From Octopus sinensis (taxonomy: Eukaryota): 64,000 nucleotides of DNA. Under the pieces are notes generated by a model that was not told the DNA's origin, ran no database searches, and saw only the letters and a program-made list of their open reading frames with translations. A program made the translations under genes and the position numbers. Location: NCBI RefSeq assembly GCF_006345805.1, contig NC_043012.1, forward strand, positions 52,328,001-52,392,000, in the 5' to 3' direction. Position 1 is the first letter of the stretch. The number at the start of each line of letters is the position of its first letter. This document shows, piece by piece, positions 1-11,887 of the stretch.

Positions 1-214
1 CCTTTGTAACTCTGTTTACCGCACGCGCACGCTGTATGCGTGTGTGTGTATATTATATCAAGAGTAATGTACCCTACTCAATTTCACCTTAAAATAATGT
101 GTGTGTCTCCATGATACAGCGTTAGCTCCTACACGCATTTTTTTCTCTCCTTGTTTTTTTCTGTGTATCTTTCTGATGAGCAAAAGTGGTTCACGTTAAG
201 TGAATATTTTTTCT

Positions 215-1985
215 CACTTAATTATGATAATTGTTGTTTGGGGGCGTGCCGTGCCCCCTAAAAGTTTGTTCACTTTTTTGTGAATTTAAAAAAAAATTGC
301 GAATTGCTGTTGTGGGGGAGTGTCTTTGCTTCCGAAGATTGAACGACTTGCATACCAGTTTTTATAGAAGTTGTGTGCTATTTGTGGCGTTCCGAGTTAG
401 ACCTTGGCCGGGGGTACCTAGTGGCCGGAAGATTTTGTTGCTGTGTTTTTGAACTATTGACTTACTTTCTTCTAAATTTTTTTTGACTTTTCTTTTTTCG
501 TGAATTCCTTCCATTTCATTGTGACTTTCTTTTGAATTCCTTCTTTTTCTTCTTTCTTTTTAAGTTTTATTTTGAACTATTTTCGAACTGTTATTACAAA
601 CAAAATAACATGGCAATGAAAAAGGACAATGTTTTGGAGTGGGAAATTATACCAGCCAAACATTGGCTGAAAGACCTTGAAGAGAGAACGGTGGGGTTGA
701 GGACTTACTCCAAGTCGCTCGACACCATCGCCCTATTTGAAAAGACTGTAATAAAAAAGGAGTTGGCAGAGTATCTGCCAACTATTAAATTAATATCCAG
801 GGGGGTCAAATACGCAACTGTGTGGTTGTTATTTGATATTTCTGAAGAGGCTCGCAAATTTGCGAGTCGGCCCTTAGAGGGCAAAGAAATTTTCTTTCTT
901 CCCACGTATTGAGAAGAGGTTGACAAGAGTAGACAATCCGCCGGAGTCTGGGTGGCAGCGGAGCCAAAATCCTTAATGTGGAACTTTTTCCTGAGGCTGA
1001 TTGGGTTAGGTCAAAATCTGTTTTGATCTTGTGCATCCAATCAGCCAATCTGGCTTTTCCAGATTTTTTGAAAATGGCCGGGTGCAGGTACCAGGTGATT
1101 CTTGAGGGTCACCCCTCCCCCAGGTGTCATCGGTGCCTGGAGCCTGGTCATATAAATAGAAACTGTCCCCAGGAACAAAGTAAGGTCCTGGAGCAGTTGG
1201 TTAAGACCTCTACAGAAGAGGGGACCAAGGCGGCCGAGGATGTGAAGGACTCCTCAAAGAAGGGCCGCAAGAGGAAGACGGTGAGCAATAATGGGTGCTC
1301 ACCGAAGGATTCTAGAGATGATGGAGCGGAGGTGAATCTCCCGGTCACGGTGGAGACGCACCCGCCATCAGGTGAGAAGAAAAAATAGTAAGAGGAAAAG
1401 AAACGGGACATCGCCGGCAGCCGGTGACATAGTACTGGAATGTCCCGGAAACTCGTCGGTGGGGGTCGTGCCACTGGAAGGGGAAGAGATAATGCTGATG
1501 GGAATTGTGCCGCCGACAGTAGAAGTGACTACCTTGTACCCGGAGGAAGGCGAATTATTGGTCTTTTTCTACAGAGGCGGAGAGGTGGAGAAGGTGTTGG
1601 AAAAGCAATATAAGGGAGTACATTTAGCCTGTAAACGAGATCCCGAATGGCCTCCGAAGATAGCTGTGGAGGTCATAACATTGCCTATGTTGCGCATGCT
1701 GCAGGTACTCAGAGAAGAATATCGCTTGTGGCTGGGCGACGACAACACGGCACCCGCCTTGTGCTTGAATGAGGCGTGGGTGATGGCGGAGAATAGGGTC
1801 ACAAGCGATCTTGGGGAGGAATATGGATAAGAGGTTGAAAAGCCTCAGTGTTATTGAAAGTTCCTAGTTTGGAAAAAATAAAGGTAAGAGGCTTATTTCC
1901 TCATTTTGTTATTGAATTCTGAACTATGTAAGAAGTTTGTTGCCTCATGAATAATATAAGAGATCAATGTTCTCGGGAAAAAAAA
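215..1985 (+). mobile_element. Tx1/L1-like element carrying only a disrupted ORF1 (gag-like, CCHC zinc knuckle), ending in AATAAA and an A-run; no ORF2 seen
   Basis: ORF pieces 613-912, 978-1388 and 1372-1830. The C-x2-C-x4-H-x4-C knuckle CHRCLEPGHINRNC is encoded near 1125-1165. AATAAA is at ~1877 and the A-run at 1978-1985. The 5' boundary is approximate. Confidence 0.7.
613..1830 (+). pseudogene. Disrupted LINE ORF1 (nucleic-acid-binding region plus zinc knuckle)
   Basis: A stop/frameshift near 910 and a frame change near 1380. The protein aligns by eye with the ORF1 remnant at 42700-43230 (EERTVGLR vs ERRTVLFR; ISRGVKYATV vs ISRSKEYGTI; PTY..KR vs PSYMGKR). Confidence 0.65.
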
Positions 1986-2094
1986 CACCCATTAATCATC
2001 ATTTTCAATTTTCATTTCATATAACATCATGTCTGTGTCCAGCTCGCAGCTTTTTATCTCTATGTAAGGCTTTTATGGCCAATATACTGAAATA

Positions 2095-2350
2095 AAGAAG
2101 CTTGCTTCCCAACCAAATGGTTCCGCGTTCAGTCCTACTACTTGAAATTTCGTAGACGGAAGCCGAAAACCTCTCGTGTATATATATATATACATACCAG
2201 TTTTACAACTGGTGTTGGTGTGTTTATGTCCCTCTAAGCAAGCGGTTCGGCTAAACAGACCGATAGAATAAGTAATAAGCCCAAGAAATAGGTACCGGGG
2301 TCAATTTGTTCGACTAAAATTCCTTTATGTCAGCGGTCAAATGATTAAAA
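2095..2350 (+). mobile_element. tRNA-headed SINE family A, internally deleted copy
   Basis: Matches the head (cttgcttcccaacca.atggttcc) and body (gcggttcggc...gaccgatagaataagta) of the fuller copies at 35630 and 39625. Confidence 0.8.
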
Positions 2351-2454
2351 GAATTATAAAATTGTCTATTTTTAACTGCGCAAAAATAAAATATAACATT
2401 ATATTGAAATGGTCATATTCGTTTATCAATGAAATATAGCAATACATAGATACA

Positions 2455-2690
2455 TTCATACATCACGTGATCAGGTGACTGACCAGGCTATCACATGTTG
2501 TGACACACCAATGGTCACAATGCTCTTTGCATCGTTTTAAGCTTCGAATGACGGCGCAGAGCTCGGTTGTACGGAGGCCTGGAGCAGCGTGAAATGAAGT
2601 GTTTTTCTGAAAACTGTCCCGTCTGGGATTTGAACCCACACTCTAGCGATCGTCAGTTCAACAGCTTAACCGCTAGGCCACGCGTCCTCA
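2455..2690 (-). mobile_element. tRNA-headed SINE family D (head related to family C)
   Basis: The minus strand begins ggacgcgtggcctagcggttaagctg...gggttcaaatccc (A/B-box-like), followed by a core like family C (cacttcatttcacgctgctccagg). Confidence 0.6.
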
Positions 2691-4009
2691 CACAAGCATA
2701 CATTTAAATGTAAATATAAATATACATATACGTATAAATACACACGCACACACGCTCTCTCTTTCTCTCTCACACTCAAACACACACGCACATATATATA
2801 ATGAAAAGATTAAATTATTTGTATCATACATAAAGATTTAATTATGTGTGTGTTCGCGCGTGTGTGTGATTGTGTGTGAATATAAATCTATAATGATTCA
2901 GAAGCACACAGACACACATACATCATAACCACTTCGATACGCAGAATATAATATCGATATTACAATTGAATTAACCAAAGTATACAAAATAGTTATTGAT
3001 TTCTGAAAAGTTTGTAACGCTGCAAATTCCGAAGGAGGAGTTTAGTCGATTTACCAAATCCCACAATTTGATTGCTGCTTACTTTATTGAACACCGAATG
3101 ATGAAAGGAAAAATCGAACTCGTTGAAATATGAACTTTACAGAGAATCTATAGGTACATTTTTACTACACCAACACCTTATTTTATTTGAAATATTAATT
3201 TATCTCCACTTAAAGGGTATTGATTACTTTTAACAGTCGTAAGTCTTCTTTCGTTTTACTAACTAATAACTATACGTCTGGCTCCTGTTTAAAATACATA
3301 ACTCTAGGTGGTTCTCTACACTTAAATGACACCTTTCAAATAATCCGAAATCTGCTAGCTGGCCTCTTTGTGATCACCATACTTGCAAGTAATACCAACC
3401 AAATTACACTCTTATCACATCTTAACTGAGCTGCACTCGAACCGTCTGTTCTAAGACGAATCTGCGATGTTCTGCGGAAATTTATGAGAATAATTTAAGA
3501 GCTTAAAATATAAATATTAATGCTGGAGTGTATCGGAAAATGTATATTCCATAATATTGTCTAATAGAATCATAATTTATGGGAACATGGCAAAGGTTAG
3601 TTTTCTATGTTCCCGTTCTAAATATTTAATGCATTCATGATTTCGTTTACGTTCAGATTAGAAGTAAGGGAAACTATAATGAAATCCTCTTCAGATTTAG
3701 CATCTCCTATGGAGTTAAATGATAATAAATATTATGTAAATTAGATAAATATTCAGCAGATGAGCAATCCTCATGTAGTCACACTGTCTGCTAGAAATAG
3801 AGAGAGAATCATTCATATATTGCGCACTATATTTTTATCATATTTCATTTATTTACTTATCGGGTAAAGTTACATGATAAAATGCGTTCTGAGTAAGAAA
3901 ATAGCTTTATAAGGGACAATTTTGTACAGAAAATGAGTAGCAAGTTGCGCCATTAAAGTTGTTTATGTGGTCTGTAGTACACGAAACAAACAGGAAAAAA
4001 TTGAGGAAA

Positions 4010-4025
4010 ACTACGTAGTATCTTC

Positions 4026-4093
<68 letters not shown>

Positions 4094-4166
4094 ATATTAT
4101 ATATATATATATATATACATATATACATATATATATATACATATATATATATACATATATATATAC

Positions 4167-4212
<46 letters not shown>

Positions 4213-4225
4213 ATATATATATATT
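4010..4225. repeat. Degenerate (AT)n microsatellite, one of many in the window
   Basis: Seen directly. Similar tracts lie at 4745-4875, 6800-6890, 23620-23770, 36615-36820, 55300-55660, 56960-57340 and 57775-58160. Confidence 0.95.
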
Positions 4226-4640
4226 AAGGTATGTAGAAAAATACAACATGGACAAGAACGTATAACTCAAGAAGACGATACAATAAACACGGACAGGACA
4301 TTCGAAACCCTCAGTCTTCAGTCAAGAACCGGATCATCGTAGTAATTTCGGCTGATTAATCTTGAGATTACTAGATCACGGCCAGCCCTCCAAGAAAAAC
4401 TAAGCAATGAGCATTAGAAAAACTAAGCTGGGAGCGTAGATTTCCTGGAAGAAGGATCGAATGCATACGGACACCAGGACAGCAAAAGGGACGAATATAA
4501 AAAACAAAAAATAATGGAATACAGAAACATGAAATACAGAAGCATTAACGGTGAAAACAACAACAAGTGTCTTACGACTGATAACAAGCAAACAAATTTT
4601 TTCTCTGGCGCAAGGAAAGGAGCCTTATCGGCGATGCCTA
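4225..4640 (-). mobile_element. Probable Penelope-like terminal-repeat (pLTR) remnant with a decayed hammerhead-like motif
   Basis: The minus strand at 4293-4325 reads gactgaagactgagggtttcgaatgtcc (CTGAAGA...GAA.GTC), abutting an AT microsatellite. Confidence 0.4.
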
Positions 4641-4813
4641 TAGCGGCGGACGAAAAACAACGATGTTAACACGACGCTGGTCAGAAGCTGAAAGGCAGAT
4701 TTCGGCCAGCAGTCACGTGACAGAGAAGAGAGAAAAGAAAAGAAAGATATATATATATATATACATGCATACATACAACATGCATACATATATATATATA
4801 TATATATGCATAC

Positions 4814-4895
<82 letters not shown>

Positions 4896-4911
4896 TAGAT
4901 AGATAGATAGT

Positions 4912-4968
<57 letters not shown>

Positions 4969-4989
4969 GATAGATAGATAGAGATATAT

Positions 4990-5175
4990 ATCGTTGAAAT
5001 TTATAGAAATACAAAAGACGAAGATGGGCGTATGAACAAGAAAATGTGTTAATTTGACAGTTGGGCAAAATGAAAAGTATTCTATGATTCCAGCCTATGC
5101 ACTTCAACTGATAGGAATAAGACGAAATAAACAGAGAGAATGAAACGAACGTGTAGATTGCCGCGGTCCAGCATG
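4990..5175 (-). mobile_element. Decayed copy of the Penelope-like pLTR seen at 36480-36620
   Basis: The minus strand tattcctatcagttgaagtgcataggctggaatcatagaatacttttcatttt aligns with tattcctttctgttgaagagcgtaggctcgaaacgtaaaatactttttcatttt at 36555. Confidence 0.65.
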
Positions 5176-5615
5176 TGCGTGTGTATGTGCATATATATAT
5201 ATATATATATATATAAGTATGTATGTATGTATGTATGTATGTATGTATGTATGTGTGTGTGCGTGTGTATACTTACATATATATAATTGTATACTGTATT
5301 TTAACATCTATAAGGAACACTTTTTTGTCAACAATTATGTTTAAAAATATGGGAGTTTCTTATGCATGCATAGATTTATAAATCTATTACAAAACCAACG
5401 CAAAAAAATACATAAGCATACACACGCACCCACAGACGCACACATAGACACATGTGAACAAACACATACATACACTACCGCACACACAACACCTTAACAA
5501 ATATTAACAACACACATACACACACATACATATACACACACCATCCTACCAAATATTAAACACACACAGACACATTTACATACACCACAATAACCCCCAC
5601 ACACACAAACACATG

Positions 5616-5651
<36 letters not shown>

Positions 5652-6584
5652 CACACCATTCTGACCTCTAAAGACCGATCCCCAAAGCGACTGAACCTTG
5701 AAGAAACAAAAACTTCTTTTCAATTCCACATTGCTCTTCCCCGCCCCCCGCCCCAACACACCTCGTAAACTGTCCCTTGAAGTAGAAAATAGTCTTTTAC
5801 GATCAAATGGTCAAACAGGTCAGTTTATCCAAAATTCTTTGTAAACTAAATATGTCTCTTCTGTGTATATATATATATATACTACCAAAATATGACCTTT
5901 TTGAACTTATAATTTTCTGTGTATATATATAGATACTTCCAAACAAACATGGTTTCTAATGAAATCCTTATATCTCACAAGGTTTTTACTGTAAACATTT
6001 TGTTATTGTTATCAAAGAATGTATATATGTATTTAATTTTTTGTGCCGAACATTTTAGTGAACTCTCTAATATTTTCCCAAGATTTTTCCTTGTAAACTG
6101 TTTTTAACATGTTCTTATTATTATCAAAGAATGTATATATGTATAGTAATATTTTGTGACAACCAGTACCTAACACAACAACGCTTTTACATGTTACTTT
6201 TGAAAATCTTTTTCTAAAAAAGTGAAACCGGTCAAATGAATAAACCTTTTTTTAAATTGCATTTTCAAACATTCTTTCATATGTATATAGATATATAGAT
6301 ATTTGTGTATATTTGTTCGTAGATATATATATATGCATGTACATCTATTTGTTGCATACATGCATGTACTTATGTGTATGATGAATTATAATGTAGTAAC
6401 TCTAGTATAACTATTATGATATTATGATATATGAATTTATTGACTATGATATTAAAATTAATAAGATTACATCTGTCATATATATCTGCATATTATATTA
6501 TGGTATACTATATATTTGAATCTCCTATACTGTGTTTGGGAAATAAATATATCACAGAAACTAATATTATTATTATTATTATTA

Positions 6585-6643
<59 letters not shown>

Positions 6644-6689
6644 GATATATAGATATTTGTGTATATTTGTACAAAATAAGAATGAAAGA

Positions 6690-6780
6690 GAACTCGTATG
6701 TCGGGGCGAAAATCCGGGCCGACATCTCTTCAGTTATCTAGCCTTCCCTTCCCGACATCCGAAACTCGGAGTTTTATCTT
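6690..6780. ncRNA. Back-to-back hammerhead-like motifs: a decayed full motif on the minus strand plus a 3' half on the plus strand
   Basis: Minus: gataa-CTGAAGA-gatgtcgg...ccgacat. Plus: ccgacatcc-GAA-actcggagt-T-ttatc. Stem I GATAA/TTATC and stem II are mutually complementary. Confidence 0.55.
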
Positions 6781-6819
6781 GGCTACCGAATAATTGTCAT
6801 ATATATATATATTATATAT

Positions 6820-6865
<46 letters not shown>

Positions 6866-6872
6866 TATATAT

Positions 6873-6920
<48 letters not shown>

Positions 6921-6922
<2 letters not shown>

Positions 6923-7258
6923 CGCAGGCGTGTCCGTATATTAAGAAACTTGCTTCCCAACCACATGGTTTTGCATTGTTGGTAGATTTGGTAGGCGGAA
7001 GCTGAAAGAAGTCTGTCGTATATGTGTGTTTTTATATATGTGCGTTTGTGTGTGTGTTTGTCTGTCTTTGTTTGTCCCACCTCAATAGCATGACAACCGA
7101 TGTTGGTATGTTTGCGTCCCCGTAACCTGGCGGGTCCATAAGAGGTAAGTTCTCGGCTTACAAAGAAATAAGTCATGTGGTCGAAATGTTCGAATAGAAT
7201 GGCGGTGGTCCAGCACTGCTGCAGACAAATGACTGAGAAACGTAAAAGAATAAAACAA
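6921..7258 (+). mobile_element. SINE family A with an internal deletion
   Basis: Head ggcgcaggcgtg..., body gacaaccgatgttggtatgtttgcgtccccgtaac, tail gactgagaaacgtaaaaga. Confidence 0.85.
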
Positions 7259-7298
7259 TAAAATATATATATTAATATATATATATATACATACACAC

Positions 7299-7344
<46 letters not shown>

Positions 7345-8269
7345 CAAACGCCATCTACTAAACCCCATTCACAAAATTCTAGTGAAACGTACAGTATATT
7401 TAGAAGACATATTTTAATACACATCGCTAGGCTTTACCGCAATCGCACGTGGTTCCGAAGCGAACTTATTAACAATAAACCCATATTTGAGTTTGTATTT
7501 TTATGAGATCTAAAGGAAAATATAACGAGATTTTCCGCAAACTTAGCTTCTCGTTATGAATCATATCACGAAGAAAATTATATAAATTGGATTAAACTTG
7601 AGTCAACGAACAACTCATCACGGTCAACACCCAGGTTGCTAGAAATAGCAACAAAGAAACCTCATATGTCACATCTTGTGCTTCTGGTTCCTTTTCTTTA
7701 TTCATTTATTTCGATGAAAGTTACATAACATAAAATGTGAACTGAGTAAAAATAAAATTGTGATGGTTATGGATGTATTATCTTTGATGATGGCTCTGAG
7801 TGAAACAATGGCCACATAACCTGATGCAACACCAAAATCATCAACAATTATAAAATATACAACAGACGACTATACTCCACCAGATGTTAGAGAAAGTAAA
7901 TAATTAGCTCATATATTTTATTTTCATTTAATTGTCTTTTTAAAATATTTATTGTGTATTGTTTGTTTATCACAGTTTTCACTGAAATTTGTAGGCAGCT
8001 GGAAGCACGTTCATTATTGAGAAGCGCGGTGGTATTTACGACCATCATTTTTTTTACTTCTCATTAATCCTCTTTCTGTGTCTTTCTCTGCTTCATCGTT
8101 ATCCCCATCATCATCACCATTGTTTCCTTCTTAAAATATTTCCGTCTACTCTTAATCATCATCTTCTTAATCGTAATCATCTTTTTTTCTTCCTAATGAA
8201 AATAAACATCGCCAACATCACCATTCTCATCATTTCATGATCCTCTGTTTCATCATCGTCGTCGGTAAC

Positions 8270-8635
8270 GTTTCTTCTTCTTCTTCTCTTCTTCTTCTCT
8301 TCTTCTTCTTCTTCTTCTTCTTCTTCTTCTTTCTTCTTCTTCTTTCTTCTTCTTCTTCTTCTTCTTCTTCTTTCTTCTTTCTTTCTCTTTTCTTCTTCTT
8401 CTTTCTTCTTCTCTTCTTCTTCTTCTTCTTCTTCTTCTTCTTCTCTTCCTCTTCTTCTTCTTCTTCTTCTTTTTCTCTTCTTTTCTTTTCTCTTCTTCTT
8501 CTTCTTCTTCTTTCTTCTTCTTCTTCTTCTTCTCTTCTTCGTCTTCTTTCTTCTTCTTCTCTTCTTCTTCTTCTTCGTCTTCTTCTTCTCCTTCTTCTCC
8601 TTCTTCTTCTTCGTCTTCTCCGTCGTCGTCGTCGC
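8270..8635. repeat. Complex (TTC)n polypyrimidine tract
   Basis: Seen directly. It explains the poly-R/E/K and poly-S/L/F ORFs. Confidence 0.95.
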
Positions 8636-9489
8636 ATTATCCACTAAGGTTTACTCATTATCTTCTTGGTAATTTTTCTGATTATTTTTCTTTTCGTTTT
8701 CTCTTTTTTTTCTTTGGCTTTACTCAGATTCAACCCAATCAATTGACACACAGAGGTGTAGCGCTCTATACTATTTACCACACAGTTCGATAATCAGGCA
8801 AGAGAAATATAAATAGAGAAAGTAAGAAAGATAACGAGAAAGACAATTGGGACAGAAAGAGAGAGAGAGACTTAGAGAAAGAGAGAGAGACTTAGAGAAA
8901 GAGAGAGAGACTTAGAGAGGGGTGTGAGGTATACGAGGGAGGAGAGATTTTCGTTAACTGCATTTTACTCTTCATATATATTTCTTCTTTATTCAATTAA
9001 GTCAATGAAATCAACTGATATTTTCCTCATACGTTTTATGTCAGAGATAACTATTTTCTTTCTCTTCTCGTTTCCTCCACGCTTTTATATTTATTTCTCT
9101 GCAAGAACTTTACTTAATTAACTCATTTCACACCTTTGGCAGCTTTCATTCTCTCCACCCCACCATGTACTATCCCGAACCGACGAATGGTGGATGGGAA
9201 CAAGAAAATATATATACATATGTGTGTATATATACGTACATATACATATTTATATATACATATGTGTGTGTGCTGGTGTGTGTGTGTGTGGGTGTGCTTC
9301 ACATCAATATTCTGCACACAACTACTACTACTGCTACTACTACAACTACTACTACTACCATTACTACTTCTATTACAACTACTACTTCTAGTACTCACAG
9401 AACCACAAAACCACCACCAATACCATTACTGCTACCGTGAGCAGAAAAAGAATAAGATGGAGAAAACTTTGAAGCAAAATAAAAGAAAA

Positions 9490-9645
9490 CGAAGAAGAAG
9501 AGGAAGGAGAAAAAGAAGAAGAAAAAGAAGAAGAAGAAGAAGAAGAAGAAGAAGAAGAAGAAGAAGAAGAAGAAGAAGAAGAAGAAGAAGAAGAAGAAGA
9601 AGAAGAAGAAGAAGAAGAAGAAAAAGAAGAAGAAGAAGAAGAAGA
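9490..9645. repeat. (GAA)n microsatellite, largely uninterrupted
   Basis: Seen directly. Confidence 0.95.
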
Positions 9646-9865
9646 TCCCTGTTTTCTATAGAGATTTATCAAACTTCAAATTTGATTTCATAACAGAAAT
9701 AGATATGTCGGTGTTTGAATGAAGGTCATTAAAATGTTATGCCTATATATTGAGAATCTAACTGATATCTTTCAGTACGCATGAATATATAAATATCAAT
9801 GCGGTGGTATATGCAAAACCACAAAACAACCTTTCAGATAAATAAACAGAACGACACAGGGATAT

Positions 9866-9943
<78 letters not shown>

Positions 9944-9969
9944 GGATGGATGGATGGATGGATGGATAG

Positions 9970-10010
<41 letters not shown>

Positions 10011-10063
10011 GGATGGATGGATGGATGGATGGATGGATGGATGGATGGATGGATGGATGGATG

Positions 10064-10135
<72 letters not shown>

Positions 10136-10145
10136 CAACAATGTT

Positions 10146-10210
10146 GTTAACACCGACTTCAAATTTCGGGCCGCTAAGCCATCGTCGGACTGCCGAAACT
10201 TCGAAGTCAC
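10146..10210. ncRNA. Back-to-back hammerhead-like motifs (minus-strand motif plus inverted 3' half)
   Basis: Minus: CCGACGA-t-ggc ttagcg gcc-c-GAA-atttgaagt-C. Plus: gcc-GAA-ACTTCGAAGT-C, with a palindromic stem III. A related decayed copy lies at ~54095-54132. Confidence 0.5.
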
Positions 10211-10290
10211 AATCAACAACATTTTTGCATAGGTATAATAAAGTATAGAGCAACCCATCAGCTTAATGTAAAATTGGTTTTATTTTAACC

Positions 10291-10369
<79 letters not shown>

Positions 10370-11021
10370 GAGTTTCTTTATTGGCCACACAGGGCTGCAC
10401 ACAGATGGAACAAGTTACAAGGTAGAGCTTTTCTTTTGGGGGATGAAAAAAACAAAAAACAAAAGAAAAAAAAGGTGGCGTAGGTTTTCGATCAAAAGGG
10501 ATCGTAAAAGGGGAAAAAAAGGACAAAAAATAAAATAATAAAAAAAAAGGAAAAGGAACAAAAGAAAAGAGAAATGAAAAAAAAAACGATCAATAGGGAT
10601 CGTGTATCACAGTGTTATGATGTATGGTGTAAAGGGGGAAGCAAGTAAGGTTTATCCGTGGGAAGGAAAAAGACCACGGTAACCTTGGTCAATATTGTTA
10701 TATGTTACCACATTTGTTTGCAAGTGGGTAACCCTCTGTTTTCATTTTCTGGGTTCATAGGATTATGCTCAAGGTGGCTTCGTCATTCATACGTGCCATC
10801 CTTGCTACATTCACCCATCTTTTTTTAAAGCATTCGCGAGACAAAACTTGCCTCTCTACTCTCACTTTCCTTTTCAAGTGGTACTTGAAGAAGTTGATGA
10901 CAGATTGACCAGAGAGGAAAGTGTTTGTCTCCAATCCTTTCAGACGCGTCCACCAGATACATTCTTTCGCCATAGCCACAAGGATGATGAAAATAGCTCT
11001 TCCTTCCCGTTTGAAGGAAGG
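10370..11021 (-). mobile_element. 5'-truncated Tx1/L1-type LINE (ORF2 C-terminus plus 3' UTR) embedded in (GATA)n
   Basis: The minus frame reads PSFKREGRAIFIILVAMAKECIWWTRLKGLETNTFLSGQSVINFFKYHLKRKVRVERQVLSRECFKKRW, which resembles Tx1-type ORF2 ends. The 3' end ccaataaagaaactc runs straight into (atct)n. GATA tracts lie at 10291-10368 and 11022-11120. Confidence 0.65.
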
Positions 11022-11120
<99 letters not shown>

Positions 11121-11340
11121 ATGACTTATAGATTTGGGAAACTGATTTACGAAGAACGCGAACAGTTGAATTTTTTATTTGGAAACAGATACTAAACAGA
11201 TTGATATTGTCAATAAACACAGAGAGGCAAGAATGCGATCACGCACACACACACGCACACACACACACACACACACACCACACACACACACGCACGCACA
11301 CACACACGCACACACGCACATACACACACACGCACACACA

Positions 11341-11515
11341 TAAAGGTAAAGACCCTCGTTGGTCAGGAATGACGAAGGGAATGAACCTAGAAATTTAACC
11401 TTCGAGGCAAAAGTCCGGGAAAAGATATTTATGGAAGACTAGCAGTCACCCTTTCATACCGGCCTCTCCTCTCAAAGCCCCCACTGTTATCTAAGGAGAA
11501 AGCAAGGGCCGGTAC
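11341..11515 (-). mobile_element. SINE family E, 3' part (tail ends ...gggtctttaccttta)
   Basis: About 70 bp shared with 11888-11957 (aatgaacctagaaa...ttcgaggcaaaagtc...tttatggaagac.agcagt.acc). Confidence 0.6.
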
Positions 11516-11887
11516 AGCTATGAAGACCTTTTCGGGGTAAAAGTATGCAATAAGCCTTAGGTGGAAAATAGCCAGATTATACACAAATATGCATTGTATT
11601 TGGAATGAATCGGAGCGCACATATATGCATTATTGTATTTGTTTCTCCATCAATGCAACATAGTAATGCCTTGAGCTATGATATTAAACTACACCCGACG
11701 GTGAGTCTCCAGCGACCTCGGACTGAAGTGCGCCTTGAATGCTCTTTCCAATAATCGAATACTATAGATGTAACTGTTTCGTGTTGGTGCGCATCCTGGT
11801 TCTAGCAGAGACAGAGGGAAAAGACGAACCTGCTAAAACAATTCTTGCTATATGTAGGTGCAGGCGTGGCTGAGTGAAGAACCTGGA

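Noticed and set aside
385-440. GGCCGG-rich segment in the LINE 5' leader as an HDV-like ribozyme
   Set aside because: I could not assemble the nested double-pseudoknot (P1, P1.1, P2, P3, P4) from the sequence.
8177-9693. Long ORFs with poly-R/K/E/S/L
   Set aside because: They are translations of TTC/GAA/CTA microsatellites, which lack stops in some frames.
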